Shown here: positions 35,835 to 45,073 of the stretch, in pieces
How the letters are laid out: every line of letters begins with the position of its first letter
Numbering within the stretch: position 1 is the first letter of the stretch
Source: Phycisphaerales bacterium
GTDB taxonomy: Bacteria; Planctomycetota; Phycisphaerae; Phycisphaerales; SM1A02
Length of the DNA: 64,000 nucleotides
Assembly (NCBI GenBank): GCA_049318245.1
Contig: JBMOGS010000003.1
Coordinates: 2,311-66,310 of the forward strand
Direction: 5' to 3'
Made by a program: the position numbers and the translations under genes
The notes under the pieces: model-generated
What the model saw: only the letters and a program-made list of their open reading frames with translations
Database searches by the model: none
What the model was told of the DNA's origin: nothing

Positions 35835-36431
35835 CTAGAACTTGAGTTCCAGGCCTTCTTCTTTGACCTTGCGCACCATGGCCTGAAGGTCCCGGAGCGT
35901 GATGGTCAGGCGCTCGGCGGCCTCGCGCATGTCCTCGTAGAGGCGGGGATCGTTCAGGAGCCGGCCGACGGTGCCATCGCCCTCGCTCACCTTGGCGATG
36001 ATGGACTCGAGCTGCTCGCCCATCGTGGTGAATCGGGCCTCGAGCATCGGCGGATTCTTCGGATCGATCGGCGCCATCGAGGCGCCTTCCGGAATCCGGA
36101 GGTCGATCTTGGCGCCACCGCCAAGCAGTCCGCTGCTGATGGTGGGACGCACCGAGGCCGGCACGGGATCCTTCAGCGAGAGCACGATCACCACCGGCTT
36201 GGATCCCTCGAGGTCCAGCGAGATTCCCTTCACCTCGCCGACCGGGACGCCCTCGAGCAGGACCTGGCTGCCACCCCGCAGGCCCATGGCCGCGTTGGCG
36301 CGAAGCGTCACGCTGTAGTTGGACTCCAGCAGCGGCGTCAGTTCACCGAAGCGCAGCAGGAGCCCCGACAGACCGGCGATGGCGCCGATCGAGCAGAGTC
36401 CGACCATCAGGTCCTGGGTCGAATGTCGCAT
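35835..36431 (-). CDS. MlaD/MCE-domain protein
   Basis: It has an N-terminal TM (LMVGLCSIGAIAGLSGLLL) and an MCE domain (VTLRANAAMGLRGGSQVLLEGVPVGEVKGISL). The start is at 36431. Confidence 0.8.
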   Translation of the reverse strand: MRHSTQDLMVGLCSIGAIAGLSGLLLRFGELTPLLESNYSVTLRANAAMGLRGGSQVLLEGVPVGEVKGISLDLEGSKPVVIVLSLKDPVPASVRPTISSGLLGGGAKIDLRIPEGASMAPIDPKNPPMLEARFTTMGEQLESIIAKVSEGDGTVGRLLNDPRLYEDMREAAERLTITLRDLQAMVRKVKEEGLELKF

Positions 36432-36442
36432 GACGACTGAAT

Positions 36443-37252
36443 CTACGCGGAACGGATGCTGCGGGGATGGGCCTGAACGCGCTCGATCTCCGCAAGTTCC
36501 TCGGGATTGGCCTCGCCCTTCAGGAACCGGCTCACGATCGGGTCCTCCGAGGCGCGGAACGAGTCCGGCGCACCCTCCAGCTTCACCTTGCCCTCGTGCA
36601 TCATCACCATGCGGTCGGCGACCTTGAAGGCGCTCGCCAGATCGTGGGTCACCACGATGCTCGTGATGCCCAGCTCGTCCGCGAGCTTCAGGATCAGCTC
36701 GTTGATCACGTCGCTGGTGATGGGGTCCAGGCCGGTCGTCGGCTCGTCGTACAGCACCACCTCGGGGTCCAGCACGATGGCGCGCGCCAGGGCGATGCGC
36801 TTGCGCTGGCCGCCCGAAAGGTCCGCGGGCATCTGGCCGTACTTCTCCTCCAGCCCCACCATGCGCAGCACCCGGCGCACGCGCTGCTCGCGGTCCGCAT
36901 CCGTGCCGATGCCGTGTTCCACCAGCGGGAACCCGACATTGTCCCCGACGGTCAGCGAGTCGAAGAGCGCTCCCTGCTGGAACAGGAATCCGATGCGTCG
37001 GCGCACGGGCCCGAGATCGCGCTCTCGCAGCTGGTCGATGCGCTGATCGCCGAACCACACCTCGCCCTTGCGCGGACGCTCCAGCGCCACGAGGTGCTTG
37101 AGCAGCACGCTCTTGCCGCAACCGCTCGGTCCAAGCACGACGGTGGTCTGGCCACGCGGGAAGGAGAGCGTCACGCCTCGCAGCACCTTCAGCGCGCCGA
37201 AGGACTTGTGGAGGTCGCGCACGCGGATGGCCGCCGGGAGCTGCTCGGGCAT
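36443..37252 (-). CDS. ABC transporter ATP-binding protein (MlaF-like)
   Basis: [54 protein letters not shown] and [13 protein letters not shown]. Confidence 0.9.
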   Translation of the reverse strand: MPEQLPAAIRVRDLHKSFGALKVLRGVTLSFPRGQTTVVLGPSGCGKSVLLKHLVALERPRKGEVWFGDQRIDQLRERDLGPVRRRIGFLFQQGALFDSLTVGDNVGFPLVEHGIGTDADREQRVRRVLRMVGLEEKYGQMPADLSGGQRKRIALARAIVLDPEVVLYDEPTTGLDPITSDVINELILKLADELGITSIVVTHDLASAFKVADRMVMMHEGKVKLEGAPDSFRASEDPIVSRFLKGEANPEELAEIERVQAHPRSIRSA

Positions 37253-37280
37253 CCTCGTATCATCCCCGACGAGGCGAAGC

Positions 37281-37793
37281 ATGCAAGCGACCCGGATCCT
37301 GCAGGGTGATGTGTTCAGCGTGGACCGCGTCGCGTGGACCGATCCTTCGGGCGTGGCGATGTGCCGGAACATCGTGCGGCATCCAGGCGCGGTGACCGTG
37401 GTGCCCGAGCTTGGAGACGGCCGACTCGTGATGATCCGGAACTGGCGGGTGAGCGTGCAGCGATGGCTCCTGGAGTTCTGCGCGGGCAAGCTCGAGCCGG
37501 GCGAGGCGCCGCTCGCGGCGGCAGGACGCGAACTGGAGGAGGAGACCGGATTTCGGGCCGGTCGGCTGGCGCCGATCGGGCGCTACCTCACCAGTCCCGG
37601 TTTCGCCGACGAGTGCATGCACGCCTTCGTGGCGCGGGACCTCACCGCCGTGCCGCGCAATCTGCAGCCGGGTGAGCGCATCGAGGTGGAGATGCACGCG
37701 CCGGAGGCCATCGCGCGAATGATCGCGGATGGCACCATCGAGGACGGAAAGAGCATCGCGGCGTTCGCCCTCTGGCAGGCGGTGCGCGCGTGA
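37281..37793 (+). CDS. NUDIX hydrolase (ADP-ribose pyrophosphatase-like)
   Basis: The Nudix box is [22 protein letters not shown]. The start at MQATRIL lies only 28 nt from the divergent mlaF-like start. Confidence 0.85.
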   Translation: MQATRILQGDVFSVDRVAWTDPSGVAMCRNIVRHPGAVTVVPELGDGRLVMIRNWRVSVQRWLLEFCAGKLEPGEAPLAAAGRELEEETGFRAGRLAPIGRYLTSPGFADECMHAFVARDLTAVPRNLQPGERIEVEMHAPEAIARMIADGTIEDGKSIAAFALWQAVRA

Positions 37794-38791
37794 GCTGGTC
37801 GTCCGAACCACCCGAGCCGCAGGGGTTCGCCGGCGACTTCCGTGCCCCAAGTCCGCGCTTCGAGTCGCCGTTGACGTGGTCGTTGCCGCTGGTCCGCCTG
37901 GGGCCGGTGGCGATCCGTGTTCATGGAGCCTTTCTGCTGCTGATCGCCGTCGAGTGCCTGCGTTCAAGCCTTCCGGGCAGCGGACGCGTGCTCGGCTTCG
38001 GCCCGACGCTGGTGGTGCTGGGCTCGTTCCTGGTGCTCTCGCTGCTGCACGAGGCGGCGCGATGGTGGGCCATGCGCCGCGGCGGGTGGGATCTGGATGA
38101 ATGGCTGTTGTGGCCGCTGGGCGGGCTTGCGGGACCGGCGGCGTCCGAGCTTGGACCGGCGAGTGCGCGGACCGAGTTGGCGGGCGTGGTGGCGATCGGT
38201 GGCGTCGGCCTGCTCGCTGGCGGGGCGCTCTACCTGCTCCGTGGCGATGTCTGGGGCACGGCGATTCCCGAGCCGTGGTCCTGGGATGGCTTTGCCCGAC
38301 TCTCGCTGGCCGAGGCGGGCCTGATCACGGAGACGCTGTTCCTGTTCCAGTGGACGGTGGTCGTGATGGTGGCGCTGAATCTGGTGCCTGCGTTCCCGCT
38401 TGCGGCGGGGCGTGCGCTCGCGGCGCGTTGGATCGTCGCGGAGGGCTGGTCCGTGGGACTCATCCGCGCCGCCCGCCTGGGCACCGCGTGTTCGGTGGCC
38501 ATGCTGGTCGCGGGGCTCGCGTTCGGGGCATGGACGCTCACGTTCGCGTCGCTGCTGCTCTGGAGCGCCGCGCGCGAGACGCTGGTGCGCGTGAGGGACT
38601 CCGATGGGTTCCAGGAACCGCCGGCGGTCACGCCGGCGCGCAAGGTGAGCGAGGCGGAGGATCAGGCGGAGCTCGACAGGATCCTGGAGAAGATCAACCG
38701 GTCCGGGATGGAAAGCCTGAGTTTCAGGGAACGTCGTCGGCTCAAGTCCGCCACGCGGCGCCGTCGCGAGGGCGAAGGCCCGATCCGCTAG
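37790..38791 (+). CDS. M50 (site-2 protease)-like membrane protein with degenerate catalytic motifs and a DUF6576-like C-terminal tail
   Basis: It has a polytopic membrane layout. LLHEAARWWAM occupies the HExxH position and NLVPAFPLAAG occupies the NxxPxxPLDG position. The C-terminus is AELDRILEKINRSGMESLSFRERRRL. The GTG start overlaps the NUDIX stop. Confidence 0.7.
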   Translation: MSWSSEPPEPQGFAGDFRAPSPRFESPLTWSLPLVRLGPVAIRVHGAFLLLIAVECLRSSLPGSGRVLGFGPTLVVLGSFLVLSLLHEAARWWAMRRGGWDLDEWLLWPLGGLAGPAASELGPASARTELAGVVAIGGVGLLAGGALYLLRGDVWGTAIPEPWSWDGFARLSLAEAGLITETLFLFQWTVVVMVALNLVPAFPLAAGRALAARWIVAEGWSVGLIRAARLGTACSVAMLVAGLAFGAWTLTFASLLLWSAARETLVRVRDSDGFQEPPAVTPARKVSEAEDQAELDRILEKINRSGMESLSFRERRRLKSATRRRREGEGPIR

Positions 38792-38800
38792 GCTCGCACG

Positions 38801-39934
38801 ATGGGCTTCGAGGATCGAGACTGGAACCGGAAGCAGGCTCCGCGCCGTGGCGGTCGATGGTCCGTCAACGGCTGGATCATCGGCCTCTGCGTCGCGATCT
38901 TCGTGCTGGACGGCTTTCTCGGCCTCGCGCGGACCGGCATCCTGATCGGGCGCTGTGATCTCGACGGGGTCGCCATTCCCGCGACCGAGGTGAGGCGCTA
39001 CGAACCCTTCGGAGAGCCGCTGTCGCTGGCGCAGGCGAACCGGGAATTCCCGCCGGCGTTCGCCGAGGCCGCCGTGCGCGCCGCCGGGAAGGTGGGCGCG
39101 CTGGACTGGGCGGGCAGCGCGCGGGTGCAGGTGCTGTCGCGTGATGGCCAGCCCGCAGGCTTCGCCTACTTCATCCCAAGTTCCCCGCTGAAGACATGGC
39201 TGCACTTCAGCACCAGCACCGCGCTGTTCGGCGACAGCGGCGAGGGCGCGATCTTCCCGCAACTCTGGCGCTTCGTCGGCTTCCAGTTCCTGCACGCCAA
39301 CCTGACCCATCTCATCTTCAACATGATGGGGCTCTGGTTCTTCGGCCCGGTCGTCGAGCGCTACCTGGGCGGCAAGCGTTACGCCGCCTTCTACCTGCTC
39401 TGTGGCATCTGCGGCGCGGCGATGTACCTGCTGCTCAATTTCCTCGGCTCGAAGGTGATGCTCCCGGGACAGTCCGTGCCCTTCCTGCTGCCGAACGCGC
39501 CAACCACGCCGCTCGTCGGTGCGAGCGCGGGCGTGTTCGGCGTGATCATGGCGGCGGCGTTCCTGGCACCGATGGCGGAGGTGCTGGTCTTCATGATCAT
39601 CCCGATGCCGCTGCGGAACCTTGCGTACACGCTGGTGGCCGTGGCGCTGCTCACGCTCTTCTTCGGCGGCGACAACGCCGGCGGCGAGGCCGCGCATCTT
39701 GGCGGCGCCATCGCGGGCTTCTGGTTGATCCGCCATCCGCACACGCTGCACGCGCTCTTCGACTGGATGGGCACCTTCGATCCCACGAGCCGCTCGCGCC
39801 GGGTCCGAAGCGCGCGTCGTCGCGGCATGGACACCGCGGAGATCGACAGGATCCTGGACAAGATCCAGCGCGAGGGGCTGCACAGCCTGAGTCAGGCGGA
39901 GCGTCAGGCCCTGCGCGAGGCGAGCCGCCGCTGA
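38801..39934 (+). CDS. rhomboid-family intramembrane serine protease with DUF6576-like C-terminal tail
   Basis: WRFVGFQFLHANLTHLIFNMMGLWFFG, GASAGVFGV (catalytic Ser) and HLGGAIAGF (catalytic His). The C-terminus is AEIDRILDKIQREGLHSLSQAERQAL. Confidence 0.88.
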   Translation: MGFEDRDWNRKQAPRRGGRWSVNGWIIGLCVAIFVLDGFLGLARTGILIGRCDLDGVAIPATEVRRYEPFGEPLSLAQANREFPPAFAEAAVRAAGKVGALDWAGSARVQVLSRDGQPAGFAYFIPSSPLKTWLHFSTSTALFGDSGEGAIFPQLWRFVGFQFLHANLTHLIFNMMGLWFFGPVVERYLGGKRYAAFYLLCGICGAAMYLLLNFLGSKVMLPGQSVPFLLPNAPTTPLVGASAGVFGVIMAAAFLAPMAEVLVFMIIPMPLRNLAYTLVAVALLTLFFGGDNAGGEAAHLGGAIAGFWLIRHPHTLHALFDWMGTFDPTSRSRRVRSARRRGMDTAEIDRILDKIQREGLHSLSQAERQALREASRR

Positions 39935-39936
39935 CC

Positions 39937-41085
39937 ATGGCGGTCCGTCTGGAGATCCTGGCCCGCTCCAGCGAGCATCATGCCCGGCTTGGGCGGATCC
40001 ACACGCCGCATGGCCCGTTCGACACGCCCGCGTTCATGCCCGTCGCGACGGCGGCGGCGATGAAGGGGCTCACGCCGGCGCAGGTGCGCGGCACCGGCAG
40101 CCAGTGCATCCTGAACAACACGCTGCACTGCATGCTTCGACCGGGCACCGAGCGGATCGCGCGATTCGGTTCGTCGCACGCCTTCATGCGATGGGACGGT
40201 CCGATCCTCACCGACTCCGGCGGCTTCCAGGCCTTCAGTCTGGCCGACCTGCGCACGCTCGATGATGACGGCGTGACGTTCCAGTCCTTCGTGGACGGGT
40301 CGCGCGTCCGCCTCACCCCGGAGGTCAGCATCCGCGCCCAGAATCAGATCGGTGCCGACATCATCATGGCGTTCGATGACTGTCCGCCGGCGGGCCCCGA
40401 CGTTCCCGTCGCGCGCGTGCGCGAGGCGATGCTGCGAAGCGTGGACTGGCTGGCACGCTGCAAGCGGGCGCACGCGCGTCCCGACGCGCAGGCGCTGTTC
40501 GGCATCGTGCAGGGGGGTACCGACCTGGCGTTGCGCCGGGAGAGCGCGGAGCGCACCTGCGCCATCGACCTGCCCGGCTACGCCATCGGCGGCGTGGCGG
40601 TGGGCGAGAGTCCCGAACGCATCGCCGAGACGGTGCGGCACACGGCGCCGCTGCTGCCGGACGACAGGCCGCGGTACCTGATGGGCGTGGGCTATCCGCG
40701 CGACATCGCGATCGCGGTCGCGGCGGGCGTGGACATGTTCGACTGCGTGCTTCCCACGCGGAACGGGCGCAACGCGCTCGCGTTCACCCGGGAGGGCACC
40801 CTGAGGCTCCGGAATGCGCGGTTCGCCGACGATCCCGAGCCGATCGAGGCCGGTTGCGACTGCGAGGCCTGTGCCGGCGGTTTCAGCCGTGCCTACCTTC
40901 GACACCTGTTCCAGGCGGGGGAAATGCTGGGTCCCACGCTGGTGAGCCTGCACAACGTCCGGCTCTACCAAAGGCTCATGCTGGACATTCGGCGGGCGAT
41001 CGGTTGCAATAGGTGGTCTTCGCTCGCACAAGCCTGGCCCTGCCTCTCGGCAGCGCCGGGCGACACCTCTGGAGAATCGGAATGA
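39937..41085 (+). CDS. tgt: tRNA-guanine transglycosylase (queuine tRNA-ribosyltransferase)
   Basis: ARLGRIHTPHGPFDTPAFMPVAT…ILTDSGGFQ…FGIVQGG…GYAIGGVAVGE…CDCEAC are Tgt motifs. Confidence 0.94.
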   Translation: MAVRLEILARSSEHHARLGRIHTPHGPFDTPAFMPVATAAAMKGLTPAQVRGTGSQCILNNTLHCMLRPGTERIARFGSSHAFMRWDGPILTDSGGFQAFSLADLRTLDDDGVTFQSFVDGSRVRLTPEVSIRAQNQIGADIIMAFDDCPPAGPDVPVARVREAMLRSVDWLARCKRAHARPDAQALFGIVQGGTDLALRRESAERTCAIDLPGYAIGGVAVGESPERIAETVRHTAPLLPDDRPRYLMGVGYPRDIAIAVAAGVDMFDCVLPTRNGRNALAFTREGTLRLRNARFADDPEPIEAGCDCEACAGGFSRAYLRHLFQAGEMLGPTLVSLHNVRLYQRLMLDIRRAIGCNRWSSLAQAWPCLSAAPGDTSGESE

Positions 41086-41495
41086 TCGCCCCTCAGGACG
41101 GCCCCTCGCTCGCTGGAACTCCCGCAACCCCCGCGCCGACCAGCGCAACGCAGGCAGCGCCGGCGGGCAAGGCTGCACCGCAGGCGGCGCCCGGTGCCGA
41201 GATGTTCTGGATCTTCATTCCCGTGCTCGTGGGCATGGTGGCGCTGAGCGCCTTCAGCGCGCGCAAGCAGCGAAAGCAGAAGGAGAAGCTGCTGGGTGGA
41301 CTCAAGAAGCACGACCGCGTGGTGACCACGGGCGGCATGATCGGCTACGTGGCCGAAGTCAAGCCCGACGTGGTCGTGCTGAAGGTGGAGGAGGGCCGCG
41401 ACGTGCGCCTGACCTTCACCCGCGACGCCATCGCGGCGGTCGTGAAGTCCGCGGATCCAGCCGCCACCACCGACACGCCCGCCGACGCGGCGTGA
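41082..41495 (+). CDS. yajC: preprotein translocase subunit YajC (with Pro/Ala-rich N-terminal extension)
   Basis: FIPVLVGMVALSAFSARKQRKQKEKLLGGLKKHDRVVTTGGMIGYV is the YajC core. The ATG overlaps the tgt stop. Confidence 0.85.
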   Translation: MIAPQDGPSLAGTPATPAPTSATQAAPAGKAAPQAAPGAEMFWIFIPVLVGMVALSAFSARKQRKQKEKLLGGLKKHDRVVTTGGMIGYVAEVKPDVVVLKVEEGRDVRLTFTRDAIAAVVKSADPAATTDTPADAA

Positions 41496-41538
41496 TCACG
41501 GCGAACCCCTCCAGTCGAAACCTCGGAACACACGAATC

Positions 41539-44500
41539 ATGAAGCGCCCCGGTCTGCATGTCCTCCTCGCTCTCGCCCTGGTCGGTCTGCTGTTCTGGAT
41601 GGTCTGGCCACCCAAGGACACGCTGCGACTGGGCAAGGATCTGCGCGGCGGCGTCAGCCTGACCTACTCGGTCAAGCTTCCGCCCGACGCCAGCAGCGAT
41701 CAGGTGCTCAAGCAGGTCATCGAGGTGCTGAAGCAGCGCGTGAATCCCTCGGGCGTGCTGGACATCAGCTTCGCTCCGCAGGGGCGCGACCGCATCGAGG
41801 TGGTCATGCCATTGCCGAGCCCCGAAGTGCAGGCGAAGCAGGCGACCTTCCGCGAGACGCTGGCCGCCCTGGTGAAGCGCACGCGGATCGATGTGGGTGA
41901 GCTGGAGCGGGCGCTCGTGGGCGGCGAGGCCGCGGCCAGGTTCGGTGGTTCCGACGCCGCGTTCCAGGCGCGCATGGCGGAGCTGCAGGACGCGTTCCGG
42001 AACCTCTCCGAGTCGAAGGCGCGGCTTGCAGCGGCCGGCGGTGCGGACGTGGCGTCCGCCGAGGATGCCGTGGCGAAGGCGGAGCTGGAATTCGAGCGCC
42101 TCCGTGACAGCGTGGCCTCGCGTGGCGTGAGCGAGTCGCGCGTGACCGCGATCCTGAACCTCGATGCGAGTCCGCAGGTCGAGCGTGACGCCGCAACCGG
42201 CAAGCCGAAGAAGGGCGCGGATGGAGCCGTCGCGAAGGGCGCCAGTCCGCGTCAGCGCGCGCTGGACTCGCTGCGCGCCGAGTATCCCGCGGCGACCGCG
42301 GAACTGGACAAGGTGGTCGCGTCGTGGAACGACTACGAGTCGATGCGCACCAGCCTGGACGACCCCGAGGATCTCAAGCGTCTCTTCCGTGGCGCCGGCG
42401 TGCTGGAGTTCCGCATCGCGGTGAGCGATCGCGCGCCGGAGGGCGTGAACCCGCAGCAGATGCGCGAGGAGCTGGCCAAGCGCGGGGCGGTGCCGGGCCA
42501 GAGTCCGGTGGCCGCATGGTTCCCGATCAACGACCTGAAGCAGTGGGCGGACACGCCGGCGCAGCGCGCGGCGCTCGAGCAGGATCCGGCCAGCTTCTTC
42601 GCGGCGCGGGACATGGTGGGTGGCCTGGCCGATGGCCGCGTGTTCGTGCTCCTCTACACCACGCCCGAGCGCAGCCTGACGCACTCGACGGGACGGGCCT
42701 GGTCGATCCAGCGCGCCTCGCGCGGCATCGACGATCTTGGACGAACCAGCGTGACATTCTCGCTGGATCAGGCTGGCGGGCAGGAGATGGCGCGCCTGAC
42801 GGGACCCAACGTCAACAAGCCCATGGCCATCGTGCTCGACGGCCAGGTCTACACGGCGCCGACCCTGCAGAGCCGCATCGGCGGCTCGGGCCAGATCACG
42901 GGCAGTTTCGATGAGGACGAGATCCGGTACCTGATTCGCGTGCTCTCGGCCGGCGCCCTCGAGGGCCAGCTGAGCCCCGAGCCGGTGAGCGTGAGCGTGC
43001 TCGGCCCGTCGCTGGGTTCGGACAACCTGGCCCGCGGCCTGCAGGCCGTGCTGCTCTCGATCGGCGTGACCATGATGATGGTGCTGATCTACTACCTGGT
43101 GGCCGGCGTGATCGCGGACATCTCGCTGATCGTCAACGCGCTGGTGATCTTCGGCGTGATGGCGTTCATGGACGCCACCTTCACGCTGCCAGGCCTGGCG
43201 GGCATCGCGCTCAGCGTCGCGATGGCGGTCGACGCGAACGTCCTCATCTACGAGCGCATCCGCGAGGAGCTGGTGAACAATGGCGAGACCCTGCGCAACG
43301 CGATCCGCATCGGCTTCGCGCGCGCCTTCAGCGCCATCTTCGACGGCAACATCACCAACCTGATCGTCTGCCTGGTGCTGGTGCTCTTCGCCGGCACGGA
43401 AGTGAAGGGCTTCGGCGTCACCATGGCGATCGGCGTGTTCGCCACGTTCATCTCGGGCCTCTGGGTCACGCGCGTGCTGCTGAGCGTGTGGACCGGGCCG
43501 ATGAACCGTCGATCGCTGCCCATGCTCCCGGTGATCGCGCCAGGCGTCGCGCGCGCGCTGCATCCGAAGGTCGACTGGCTGCGGCTGAAGCCGGCGCTGC
43601 TGGTGTTCACGGCGGCGGTGGCGGTGGTGTGCATGCTCGGCATCGTGCGCAAGGGCGGCGAGATCTTCGACACGGAGTTCCGCGGCGGCGTGGCGCTGAC
43701 CATGACGACCCGACCGGCGAAGGGCGGCGAGGCCGCGGGGCCGGATGGGCGCCTGCTCCTGTCACGCGAGGAGGTCGAGAAGCGCGTGCAGGCCGTCGGT
43801 GCGGCGAACGCGTCGGATCCGATCCTCGCCGAGCTGCGCGGCGCGACGGTGCTCACGGTCGGCGCGCAGACCCAGGACTTCCGCGCGAGCAGCTTCCAGA
43901 TCAAGCTGGCCAATCCCGCCGGTGGCGATGTGGACGAGAGCCGCATCACGAGCACGGCGACCAACGCGGTCGTGCGCGAGTTCTCGAACGAGCTGGAGGC
44001 CCAGTTGCCCTCGGTCTTCGCGGGTTCGAAGGACGCGTCGCACGCCAACTACACGTATGCGCTCGAGCGCGACCGGCTTGGCGACAACATCGGCCGTCCG
44101 GCGATCACGCGCCCCGTCGGTTCGTTCCGGGGTGGCGTGGCGGTGGTGCTCGAAGGCATCGAGCCTCCGATCTCGGCCGAGGCGCTGATGCGGCGCATGA
44201 TCCGCCTGCGCAACCAGCCCGACTTCGCCGCGCAGGCGGGTCGTGACGTGGAGGTGGTGGGGCTGGACGCCGTGAAGGCCGCCGACGGAACCGAAGCGTT
44301 CCGCAGCATGGTGGTGCTCGTCAGCGATCCCGGCGTGAACTCCATGAAGGTCGACATGTCCGTCTGGGAGTCCACGCTGGCCGCGCCCGAGTGGAAGCTC
44401 GTGCAGGCGGCGCTGGGGCAGGGCAGTTCGCTGGATCAGGTGAGCAGCTTCAGCCCCGCGGTTGCCCGCAGCCTCGTTGCCAACGCGATCGTGGCGGTGG

Positions 44501-45054
44501 GTCTCAGCCTGGTGCTCATGCTCGGCTACATCTGGCTGCGGTTCGGGTCGCTGCGCTTCTCCACCAGCACGGTGGTGGCCCTGGTCTTCAACCTGATCGT
44601 CTGCATCGGCCTGCTGGCGTACAGCGGCGCGATCGCCCGAACGGGGTGGGGCTCCGCGATGCTCATCTCGGACTTCCGCATCGACCTGAACGTGGTCGCG
44701 GGCCTGCTCACGATCGTCGGCTACTCGCTGAACGACACGGTCGTGATCATGGACCGAATCCGCGAGAACCGCGGCAAGGCCCCGTTCATCACCCGGGCGG
44801 TGGTCAACGCCAGCATCAACCAGACCTTCAGCCGAACCGTGCTGACTGGTGGCAGCTCGATCGCCACCGCGGTGATCCTGTACGTTCTCGGCGGCACGGG
44901 CATCCGTCCGTTCGCATTCACCTTCCTGATCGGCCTGATCGCGGGCACCTTCTCCAGCGTTGCGGTCGCCGCGACGCTGGTCTACACCCGCCGAGCCGAT
45001 CCGACCGCATCCGATCGTCCCAGCGAGGCCGTCGCGGCCGCGCTGCCCGCATGA
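41539..45054 (+). CDS. secDF: fused protein translocase subunit SecDF
   Basis: The SecD-type N-terminus is LGKDLRGGVSLTY. Two SecD/SecF TM bundles are present (…IYERIREEL… and …IMDRIRENRG…). The ORF is 1171 aa. Confidence 0.92.
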   Translation: MKRPGLHVLLALALVGLLFWMVWPPKDTLRLGKDLRGGVSLTYSVKLPPDASSDQVLKQVIEVLKQRVNPSGVLDISFAPQGRDRIEVVMPLPSPEVQAKQATFRETLAALVKRTRIDVGELERALVGGEAAARFGGSDAAFQARMAELQDAFRNLSESKARLAAAGGADVASAEDAVAKAELEFERLRDSVASRGVSESRVTAILNLDASPQVERDAATGKPKKGADGAVAKGASPRQRALDSLRAEYPAATAELDKVVASWNDYESMRTSLDDPEDLKRLFRGAGVLEFRIAVSDRAPEGVNPQQMREELAKRGAVPGQSPVAAWFPINDLKQWADTPAQRAALEQDPASFFAARDMVGGLADGRVFVLLYTTPERSLTHSTGRAWSIQRASRGIDDLGRTSVTFSLDQAGGQEMARLTGPNVNKPMAIVLDGQVYTAPTLQSRIGGSGQITGSFDEDEIRYLIRVLSAGALEGQLSPEPVSVSVLGPSLGSDNLARGLQAVLLSIGVTMMMVLIYYLVAGVIADISLIVNALVIFGVMAFMDATFTLPGLAGIALSVAMAVDANVLIYERIREELVNNGETLRNAIRIGFARAFSAIFDGNITNLIVCLVLVLFAGTEVKGFGVTMAIGVFATFISGLWVTRVLLSVWTGPMNRRSLPMLPVIAPGVARALHPKVDWLRLKPALLVFTAAVAVVCMLGIVRKGGEIFDTEFRGGVALTMTTRPAKGGEAAGPDGRLLLSREEVEKRVQAVGAANASDPILAELRGATVLTVGAQTQDFRASSFQIKLANPAGGDVDESRITSTATNAVVREFSNELEAQLPSVFAGSKDASHANYTYALERDRLGDNIGRPAITRPVGSFRGGVAVVLEGIEPPISAEALMRRMIRLRNQPDFAAQAGRDVEVVGLDAVKAADGTEAFRSMVVLVSDPGVNSMKVDMSVWESTLAAPEWKLVQAALGQGSSLDQVSSFSPAVARSLVANAIVAVGLSLVLMLGYIWLRFGSLRFSTSTVVALVFNLIVCIGLLAYSGAIARTGWGSAMLISDFRIDLNVVAGLLTIVGYSLNDTVVIMDRIRENRGKAPFITRAVVNASINQTFSRTVLTGGSSIATAVILYVLGGTGIRPFAFTFLIGLIAGTFSSVAVAATLVYTRRADPTASDRPSEAVAAALPA

Positions 45055-45073
45055 CCCGAAGGGGAGACCCCTC

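Noticed and set aside
41416-43563. A 715-aa minus-strand ORF. The 457-aa ORF at 43762..45135 is a similar case.
   Set aside because: Both are antisense to secDF and have His/Arg/Asp-rich nonsense composition.
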